The notes under the pieces: generated by a model
What the model saw: only the letters and a program-made list of their open reading frames with translations
What the model was told of the DNA's origin: nothing
The model's database searches: none
Program-made: the position numbers and the translations under genes
Assembly (NCBI GenBank): GCA_002314835.1
Contig: DCHM01000008.1
Span: 1,843-65,842, forward strand
Source of the DNA: Clostridiales bacterium UBA1752
GTDB taxonomy: Bacteria > Bacillota > Clostridia > Oscillospirales > CAG-382
Reading direction: 5' to 3'
Length of the DNA: 64,000 nt
Part shown: piece by piece, positions 57,748-64,000 of the stretch
How positions within the stretch are numbered: the first letter of the stretch is position 1
Layout of the letters: the number at the start of each line of letters is the position of its first letter

Positions 57748-57768
57748 TCACGGATAAAAGAGTATAAT
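57740..57768 (+). promoter_or_regulatory. Sigma-A promoter for pgi
   Basis: TTGACT (57740-57745), a 17-nt spacer and TATAAT (57763-57768). Confidence 0.55.
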
Positions 57769-57808
57769 CTCTACAAATAAAAAATTAACGCAAAGGACGC
57801 ACAAATCA

Positions 57809-59143
57809 ATGGTTTCATTAAAGTATTCCCAAATCAAAGGCATATCTTCCTCTGACATCGCATCGCTGCACTCAGCGCTCGCGGTCGCAGACCGCAAGCT
57901 CAAGGATAAAAGCGGCGAAGGCAACGACTATGTGGGCTGGCTCGACCAACCTGTAAATTACGACAAAGAGGAATTTGCTCGCATCAAGGTCGCGGCTGAA
58001 AAAATCAGGCAAAACAGCGACGTCCTGCTCGTAGTCGGCATCGGCGGCTCTTACCTCGGCGCAAGAGCTGTCATCGAGTTTTTGCACGGCTCTTACTACA
58101 ACCGCGCGCACAAGCCCGAAATATACTTTGTCGGCAACAGCTTTTCGAGCGAAGAGCTCGAGGAGGTCCTCTCGTTTTGCGAAGGCAAGCGCGTAGCCGT
58201 CAACGTTATTTCCAAGTCCGGCACAACCACCGAATGTGCCGTTGCATTCCGCATTATACGCAACTACATGGAGAGCCGTTACACCAAAGACGAGCTCAAG
58301 GACCGCATTTTTGCCACCACCGACAAGTCAAAGGGTGCTCTCAGAGCACTCGCTACGGCAAACGGCTACGAAACCTTTGTCGTTCCCGACGATATCGGAG
58401 GCAGGTTCAGCGTGCTGACGGCAGTCGGTCTGCTGCCAATCGCAGTCAGCGGCGCCGACATCGACGCACTCATGCAGGGTGCGTACGACGAGCGTGCCAA
58501 GCTGCTCTCGGAAGGTATGACCAACGACGCATACACATACGCCGTCCTCCGCAACGCATACCTAGCAAAAGGAAGAACGACCGAAGTAATGGTTAGCTAC
58601 GACCCTTGCTTTAGATTTATGGGCGAATGGTGGAAGCAGCTCTTCGGCGAGAGCGAAGGCAAAGACAAAAAAGGCCTCTTCCCTGCCAGCGTAACCTTCT
58701 CTACCGACCTGCACTCGCTGGGTCAGTTTATACAGGACGGCTCGCCCGTTTTGTTTGAGACTATCTGCCGCAACACAAAGCCGAGCACCAAGATGACCGT
58801 GCCGTTTGACAACGACAACAGCGACGGTCTCGGCTATCTCGCAGGCTCGAGCCTCGCCGCCATCAGTGATAAGGCGCTCACGGGCACTCTGCTCGCACAC
58901 CGCGACGGCGGCACCGACAGCCTCGTTATAGACTACGACGGACGCAACGAGCACACCCTCGGCGAATTGATTTATTTCTTTTTCATCGCCTGCGGAGCAT
59001 CCGCTTACATCCTCGGTGTCAATCCGTTTAATCAGCCCGGCGTAGAGGCTTATAAAAAGAATATGTTTGCGCTACTCGGCAAACCCGGCTACGAGGAACT
59101 GCGTAATCAACTAATGTCTCAAAAGCTTGATTTTAATGCTTGA
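57809..59143 (+). CDS. pgi: Glucose-6-phosphate isomerase
   Basis: 444 aa with VVGIGGSYLGARA, ISKSGTTTE, GGRFSVLT and a GESEGK-type segment of Firmicute Pgi. Confidence 0.95.
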   Translation: MVSLKYSQIKGISSSDIASLHSALAVADRKLKDKSGEGNDYVGWLDQPVNYDKEEFARIKVAAEKIRQNSDVLLVVGIGGSYLGARAVIEFLHGSYYNRAHKPEIYFVGNSFSSEELEEVLSFCEGKRVAVNVISKSGTTTECAVAFRIIRNYMESRYTKDELKDRIFATTDKSKGALRALATANGYETFVVPDDIGGRFSVLTAVGLLPIAVSGADIDALMQGAYDERAKLLSEGMTNDAYTYAVLRNAYLAKGRTTEVMVSYDPCFRFMGEWWKQLFGESEGKDKKGLFPASVTFSTDLHSLGQFIQDGSPVLFETICRNTKPSTKMTVPFDNDNSDGLGYLAGSSLAAISDKALTGTLLAHRDGGTDSLVIDYDGRNEHTLGELIYFFFIACGASAYILGVNPFNQPGVEAYKKNMFALLGKPGYEELRNQLMSQKLDFNA

Positions 59144-59168
59144 CATTTTACAAGTTTGCAGTTAAAAT
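59140..59168 (+). promoter_or_regulatory. Sigma-A promoter for the P-loop/membrane gene pair
   Basis: TTGACA (59140-59145), a 17-nt spacer and TAAAAT (59163-59168). Confidence 0.55.
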
Positions 59169-59200
59169 AAGTATATCAAAAATACTTGGAGGTATTTATC

Positions 59201-59617
59201 ATGCTTAACTTACTCGTAGGTAAAAAAGGCTCCGGCAAGACCAAGACCCTCGTCGCTGAGGTAAACAAAGCATCCGAGACCAGCAACGGCGTCGTTGTCT
59301 GTGTCGAATACGGCAAGTCCCTCACTTTTGACGTAAAATATCACGCAAGACTTGTTGACGCACTCGAGTACGGTGTGCAAAGCGCCGATACGCTCTACGG
59401 CTTTGTTTGCGGTATGCTCGCAGCCAACTACGACGTTACCGATATATTTATAGACAATGGCATCAAGCTCTGCGGAGGCGAAGCGGCTGATTTCTTTGAT
59501 TTTGCCGCCAAAATCTGCAAGACCCTCCCCGAAAACGTAAATTGCGTCATCAGTGCTTCGGTCGAGCCCGAGTTGGTTCCCGCCGAGCTCAAGGGTTTTG
59601 TCAGAGCTAATGGCTAA
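59201..59617 (+). CDS. Small P-loop protein of unknown function
   Basis: Start at ATG 59201 (ggagg RBS). 138 aa. The Walker A is LLVGKKGSGKTKT. No further recognisable domain. Confidence 0.7.
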   Translation: MLNLLVGKKGSGKTKTLVAEVNKASETSNGVVVCVEYGKSLTFDVKYHARLVDALEYGVQSADTLYGFVCGMLAANYDVTDIFIDNGIKLCGGEAADFFDFAAKICKTLPENVNCVISASVEPELVPAELKGFVRANG

Positions 59618-60014
59618 ATCTCCTTTTGTCAAAGACAGCCTCCTGCGCACCGGTCTGTTTTACACCGCTTCGAGCCTCTTGTATCTGTGGATTGTATCCG
59701 CATCGACGAGCGGCAGCGGCAATATAAACAGCCTCGCAGGTATGATAGCAGTCAAGCTCTTGATACTGCTCGCTTTTTCGGCAGTATTTGGGTTTTCGTA
59801 TTTTGTTTTCGGCAAAAACATAATGCCCACGGCACAGCGCGCACTGCACGTCATCATACTGATGATAGCGTGGGTTGCCGCGTTTATCCTGCTCGGCAAT
59901 ATAGGTGATTCGGTACCCAATATCGTTATGTCGATACTCGTAGCTCTCGGTTTGTATTTCGTCGCGTACCCACTCGGCATACTGATACATCACCTTATCA
60001 AAAAAATCAAATAA
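59610..60014 (+). CDS. Four-TM membrane protein of unknown function
   Basis: ATG 59610 overlaps the upstream stop (aATGGCTAA). 134 aa with four hydrophobic helices. Confidence 0.6.
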   Translation: MAKSPFVKDSLLRTGLFYTASSLLYLWIVSASTSGSGNINSLAGMIAVKLLILLAFSAVFGFSYFVFGKNIMPTAQRALHVIILMIAWVAAFILLGNIGDSVPNIVMSILVALGLYFVAYPLGILIHHLIKKIK

Positions 60015-60020
60015 ACATTT

Positions 60021-60049
60021 CAGCTCCCGCAAAAAACGGGAGCTGTTTT
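60021..60049 (+). terminator. Rho-independent terminator
   Basis: CAGCTCCCG-caaaaaa-CGGGAGCTG followed by TTTT. Confidence 0.8.
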
Positions 60050-60061
60050 GCAAGGAGTAGT

Positions 60062-61591
60062 ATGAAAAAACTTAATATCAGCGCCTTTAACCGTTATCGC
60101 GGTGCGGATGAACTGATTATTTACAACAAATCCGGCGAAAACACCGGAACCAACGCATACGGCTGTGAGGCAGTCGTAGGTATGAACGGTGTCGTCGTCC
60201 AAGTCGGCTCCAATGACCGCAAGGTGCCCGTAGGCGGTTTTGTGATTTCCGGTCACGGCATCATGGCACAGGCTATCAAAAGCGAGATAACCGTTGGCAC
60301 GCGCGTCGTCGTCAGTGCCGAAAGAATGGAGATAGAGTATCAAGCCGACCCTGCGGCAACAAAAGAGCTTTACCGTGCTCGTGTCGCCGAAATTCAAGAG
60401 AGGTTTGAAAACGTCTATATGGGCTCGTCCGACGCCGATATCAGACTGATTAACGACCTTATGGCAGACGGCGCAGACGCCGCAGAGGAGGGCGATTTTA
60501 CTAAAGCAAAGTCAAAGCTCGACCAAGCATACTGCCGCACCGCTTCGGGCTGTGAGGACGAAGTCCGCGCCGTATGGCACCGCCCGAGAGAGCACTCCTA
60601 CGAGCAGGTAGATGCCTACGTAAAGCGCTTTAAGGACGCAGGCTTTAACCTTATGCTGATAGAAACCAACTACGAGGGCTACAGCAATACTCCCAAGCTC
60701 AAGTACGACTATCTGCCGCCGCGCAAGGGATACGAAACCTTTGACGTCATACAGAGCTACATCGACGCAGGCAAAAAGTACGGCGTCAAGATACACGCTT
60801 GGCTCGAGGACTTCTTTTTCGGCGTAAAGGAGACGGGCTGTCCCATGGCGGAGCTGCACCCCGAGCTTATGGCTCGCACCAAGTCGGGTTCGCTGCTACA
60901 CGATGCGTACGACACGTTTTATTTCCTAAACCCCGCGCTCGACGAAGTGCATGACCTGCTGATAAATATGTACCGCGACCTTTTGACAAACTACGATTTT
61001 GACGGCATACAGCTTGATTATATCCGCTATCCCGTCATACACGGCATAGACCACTCGGCAGGCTTTGAAGAGCAGACCAAAAAGATGTTTTTAAAAGCAT
61101 CCGGCATAGACGTCGATACGATACCCGATACCTCCGCTCCCGAATGGCGCACCTTCTGCGAATGGCGCGCAGAGCGCATTACGACGTTCGTCGGCCGCAT
61201 AGCCGATATGATATCCGATTTTAAGGCGCAGGGTCGCAATATCGAGCTGTCAACCGCAGTCTTTGGCGAGCCGGACGCCGCCATCAACCTCAAATGCCAA
61301 AACTGGCTGTATTGGACAAAGCAAAACTGGCTGTCGTTTATCTCTCCTATGGCGTATTTGTCCGAGCCAGACGACGTTTATAAGGAAGTCCACTATATGG
61401 TGGAAAATTACGGCAAGGTACCCAACGTCGCAGGCATCGCTCCGATGTATAATCACCTGCCCGAAATCGAATCGACGCGCCAAGTCGAGGCTTGCCGCCG
61501 CGCCGGTGCCGCTGGCGTTGCGTTTTTTGAAGCAACCGCTTGCACCGACAGTCAGCTCGAGCTGCTGCGCAAGGGCGTTTTCAGAGACTGA
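60062..61591 (+). CDS. Glycoside-hydrolase-like family 10 (GHL10/DUF187, YngK-like) protein with ~170-aa N-terminal extension
   Basis: 509 aa. FDGIQLDYIRYP and the TIM-barrel pattern are typical of GHL10. No signal peptide is visible. Confidence 0.7.
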   Translation: MKKLNISAFNRYRGADELIIYNKSGENTGTNAYGCEAVVGMNGVVVQVGSNDRKVPVGGFVISGHGIMAQAIKSEITVGTRVVVSAERMEIEYQADPAATKELYRARVAEIQERFENVYMGSSDADIRLINDLMADGADAAEEGDFTKAKSKLDQAYCRTASGCEDEVRAVWHRPREHSYEQVDAYVKRFKDAGFNLMLIETNYEGYSNTPKLKYDYLPPRKGYETFDVIQSYIDAGKKYGVKIHAWLEDFFFGVKETGCPMAELHPELMARTKSGSLLHDAYDTFYFLNPALDEVHDLLINMYRDLLTNYDFDGIQLDYIRYPVIHGIDHSAGFEEQTKKMFLKASGIDVDTIPDTSAPEWRTFCEWRAERITTFVGRIADMISDFKAQGRNIELSTAVFGEPDAAINLKCQNWLYWTKQNWLSFISPMAYLSEPDDVYKEVHYMVENYGKVPNVAGIAPMYNHLPEIESTRQVEACRRAGAAGVAFFEATACTDSQLELLRKGVFRD

Positions 61592-61600
61592 TTTACATTA

Positions 61601-61628
61601 AAAAAAGCCGACAAACGTCGGCTTTTTG
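61601..61628. terminator. Bidirectional terminator between convergent genes
   Basis: aaaaaAGCCGAC-aaac-GTCGGCTtttt. Confidence 0.8.
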
Positions 61629-61632
61629 CTTT

Positions 61633-63825
61633 TTATTCGTTTACAACCGCCTCTTGGCGTATCTCATACAAGCCGAGGTACTGCCTTACGGTCATCATAT
61701 AGTCGTCGATGCGTACAGCTCCGTCGCACGAAGTGTCTGCGGCGAGCGTACCGATTTCGGTTAGTGAAACCGTGCCGACGAGGTGGCGCTTGATATACAG
61801 GCCGTCGGCAGGAGTAACCTTGCCGTCACCGTTTAAGTCGCCTCTGATAATGACAGTGGCCGCGGCAACCGTCATACCGCCCTCGTATCTTTCTACTACC
61901 GCGCCGGTGCCGAGCACGTCGCTGCGCTTCATCACTTCGCCCTCGCGGCTTATAACCTTGACGTCGCCCACTACGCAGTCGAGCAGCTTGCCTACTTTAT
62001 CGCCGATGGCGAAGCCGTAAATACACTCGTTATAAACCACAATGTCGTCGTTTGCAAACACTATATCGTCCGCTACGGGTGTCGGGTCGTCGATAGGCGA
62101 CTGACCGTAGATGCTGACGATATTTATATATCTCGCCTTAGACCAGCCGTCGAGCGCGGTGCCCGTCTGCGAAACGCCCTTGACGTGATACCAGCCGTTA
62201 ACTTCCTCGCCGATAACCTCGACGCTCGCGTCGGTGGCGAGTATGCCGCGGTATTTGCTCGATTCGTTAGGCTCGATGCGGACGTAGAGCTTTGTGCCGA
62301 CTATGCCGCTGTAATGCTGCTCTTCGGGCTGAACGTAAACCGTTATTGTCGCCTTGCCGCCGCCCGTCGTGGTGGCGGTGACGGTGGTTTTGCCGTTATT
62401 AACGCCGGTGATAACGCCGTTTGTGACCGTAGCAACGGTGGTGTCGGCAGACTCCCATTTGACTGCTTTTTTTGTAGCAATGCAAGGTGTCAAGGTATAT
62501 ACCGGCGTACAACTGCCGCCCTTCGTGACGGTATAAATGCTCTTGGCAAAATATATCTCGCGGACAACGCCCTTTTGATTGTTATAAATAAGGTACTCTA
62601 TGTTGACCCAGCCCTTGACCTTGCGTCCCTTGGAATTAAGACCTTCGCAATAATACCAGCCGCCGTCTGCATAATCTACAAAACACACGCCCGTGCCCTG
62701 CACAAACTTGTCGCTGGAGCTGCATACTTCCTTAGGTTCACTGCGCACTTTAACGTTCTCGAGTATAAAAGCGTCGTAGCCCTTGCTGTAATCAACAACG
62801 TCAACGAGACAGCACGCCTCGCGGTTGCCTATCTTGGCTCTGATGAGCGTGACGCCCTCGCTGACACCCGTGACGTTGCCGTTTTGGTCAACCTTGGCGA
62901 TAGAAGGGTTTGCACTCTCCCACACGACCGTGTATTCGGGCCAATCGGTAGGCAGAGGCTCTTGCGACTCCTCTTCTATTTGACTTTCCTCTGATGTTTC
63001 CTCGGAAATCTCGTCCGAAACGTCCTCCGAAATCTCGTCTGACGTTTCACTAAGCTCGTCTGACGTTTCGCTCGATTCAGAACTCTCGTCCTCAGATATT
63101 TCTTCGCTCTCGTCCGATTCCTCGGGCTCGGGCGGTATAAACTCTGCCTTATAGACCTCGTACGTCAGCTTGCTGCCGTCTCCGATATCGACCTCGAGCT
63201 GTGCGCGGTTCATTTCCATAGCTATGACGCCGTACTCGTTGGGAGTGATGTCGTCGTACACGGTCAGACCGTAAGTCTCGATAATCTGTATCAGTCTTTC
63301 GGCGTAGCCCTCGTCGCTGGTATAGCCGCCCTCTACGATGTCAAAAGCCGCCTGCTTGTAATTCATCTGTCCGCGGACTGCGGCGTATCGGTCGCTCGTA
63401 TTAAACAGCGTCGAATGGTCTGCTATGCTATCAGTCCAGTCGTCGTAGGCCCTCCATGGGCTGGCGTTGCGCGGATCGTTTTTTGACCCTATCAGCATAT
63501 CGTCGTAGGACGCAAAAAGCTGTGAAGTATCCTCGTCAAACACCTTGCCGTCCCACGAAGCGTAAGCCTTGTAGCCAAAAAGGTTTTTGCCGTCGAGCGC
63601 GAGCTTTGAGTCGCCCCAGCCGCTCTCAAATATGGCTTGACCCGTCGTGATGGCAGCAGAAATGCCCGTCTTGTATAAGTCGGCACGAGCAAACGAGCCG
63701 ATAAGCTCTGCAAAATATTCCTGTCTTGCAGTAAGCGCCGCTACCTCTACCCTGCTGAATGACGGTATGAGCACCGCCAGCATGGCAAAAACGAGCACCA
63801 GCGCCGTAATGCGTTTTGTAGTCAT
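61633..63825 (-). CDS. Secreted peptidoglycan hydrolase: GH73 N-acetylglucosaminidase, acidic linker, 2x Big_2, 2x SH3b, C-terminal dockerin
   Basis: Start at ATG 63825 (MTTKRITALVLVFAML). The GH73 motif is AIFESGWGDSKLALDGKNLFGYKA. The Big_2 segments are VVWESANPSIAKVDQNGNVTG and VKWESADTTVATVTNGVITG. The SH3b-like segments are GWYYCEG...GWVNIEYL and NGWYHVKG...GWSKARYI. The dockerin loops are GDLNGDGKVTPAD and ADTSCDGAVRIDD. Confidence 0.88.
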   Translation of the reverse strand: MTTKRITALVLVFAMLAVLIPSFSRVEVAALTARQEYFAELIGSFARADLYKTGISAAITTGQAIFESGWGDSKLALDGKNLFGYKAYASWDGKVFDEDTSQLFASYDDMLIGSKNDPRNASPWRAYDDWTDSIADHSTLFNTSDRYAAVRGQMNYKQAAFDIVEGGYTSDEGYAERLIQIIETYGLTVYDDITPNEYGVIAMEMNRAQLEVDIGDGSKLTYEVYKAEFIPPEPEESDESEEISEDESSESSETSDELSETSDEISEDVSDEISEETSEESQIEEESQEPLPTDWPEYTVVWESANPSIAKVDQNGNVTGVSEGVTLIRAKIGNREACCLVDVVDYSKGYDAFILENVKVRSEPKEVCSSSDKFVQGTGVCFVDYADGGWYYCEGLNSKGRKVKGWVNIEYLIYNNQKGVVREIYFAKSIYTVTKGGSCTPVYTLTPCIATKKAVKWESADTTVATVTNGVITGVNNGKTTVTATTTGGGKATITVYVQPEEQHYSGIVGTKLYVRIEPNESSKYRGILATDASVEVIGEEVNGWYHVKGVSQTGTALDGWSKARYINIVSIYGQSPIDDPTPVADDIVFANDDIVVYNECIYGFAIGDKVGKLLDCVVGDVKVISREGEVMKRSDVLGTGAVVERYEGGMTVAAATVIIRGDLNGDGKVTPADGLYIKRHLVGTVSLTEIGTLAADTSCDGAVRIDDYMMTVRQYLGLYEIRQEAVVNE

Positions 63826-63852
63826 TATGTACCTCTCTGAAATAAGCATAAC

Positions 63853-63881
63853 ATTATACATTATTATTCAGGCATTGTCAA
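63853..63881 (-). promoter_or_regulatory. Perfect-consensus sigma-A promoter for the autolysin gene
   Basis: The minus strand has TTGACA (63881-63876), a 17-nt spacer and TATAAT (63858-63853). Confidence 0.6.
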
Positions 63882-63895
63882 CATGCAGTTTGCTA

Positions 63896-63924
63896 TTGAC
63901 ATATAATGGTTTGCAGTGTAAAAT
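63896..63924 (+). promoter_or_regulatory. Divergent sigma-A-type promoter pointing out of the window
   Basis: TTGACA (63896-63901), a 17-nt spacer and TAAAAT (63919-63924). The downstream gene is not resolvable within the window. Confidence 0.4.
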
Positions 63925-64000
63925 TACGTCAGAAATAACAAAGAAATGAATGCTAAATTATGCCGTTTTTTGATACCGCCGTCAAGGTCCTGCTGATGCT

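Noticed and set aside
63946-64000. Possible start of a plus-strand gene at the right edge (ATG 63946 or 63960)
   Set aside because: The first frame stops after 16 codons. The second has no RBS, and only ~40 nt are visible. Only the upstream promoter-like element is reported.

Overview
This 64-kb window looks like chromosomal DNA from a spore-forming, Gram-positive anaerobe of the Clostridia. The supporting clues are sigK, spoIIE, spoVT, a DacF-like carboxypeptidase, dockerin modules, and SAM and TPP riboswitches. About 60 protein genes are tightly packed and mostly housekeeping: tsaD/rimI, ligA, prmA, recD2/comFC, metK, aspS/hisS, mgsA, pyrR with two uracil permeases, and pgi. Exported or surface proteins and sugar-related enzymes are interspersed among them. 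I found one tRNA (Ser-GGA), two riboswitches, a pyrR leader terminator, and many hairpin terminators and near-consensus sigma-A promoters. I found no rRNA, CRISPR array, transposase, integrase or prophage gene. I did not find an unambiguous novel multi-gene system. The best candidates for a second look are:
- a dense DnaA-box-like cluster far from any dnaA
- a stand-alone LytTR regulator translationally coupled to a LiaF-like membrane protein
- a degenerate duplication and hairpin element at the tRNA-Ser locus
- an unannotated 29-aa Cys-rich membrane peptide gene
- a shared (E/D)SK-repeat plus TM plus poly-Lys C-terminal module on two exoproteins
- a GldG/DUF4340-type ABC operon
- a dockerin-tagged GH73 autolysin
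All functions are assigned from motifs I recognise by eye. No database search or RNA folding was run.
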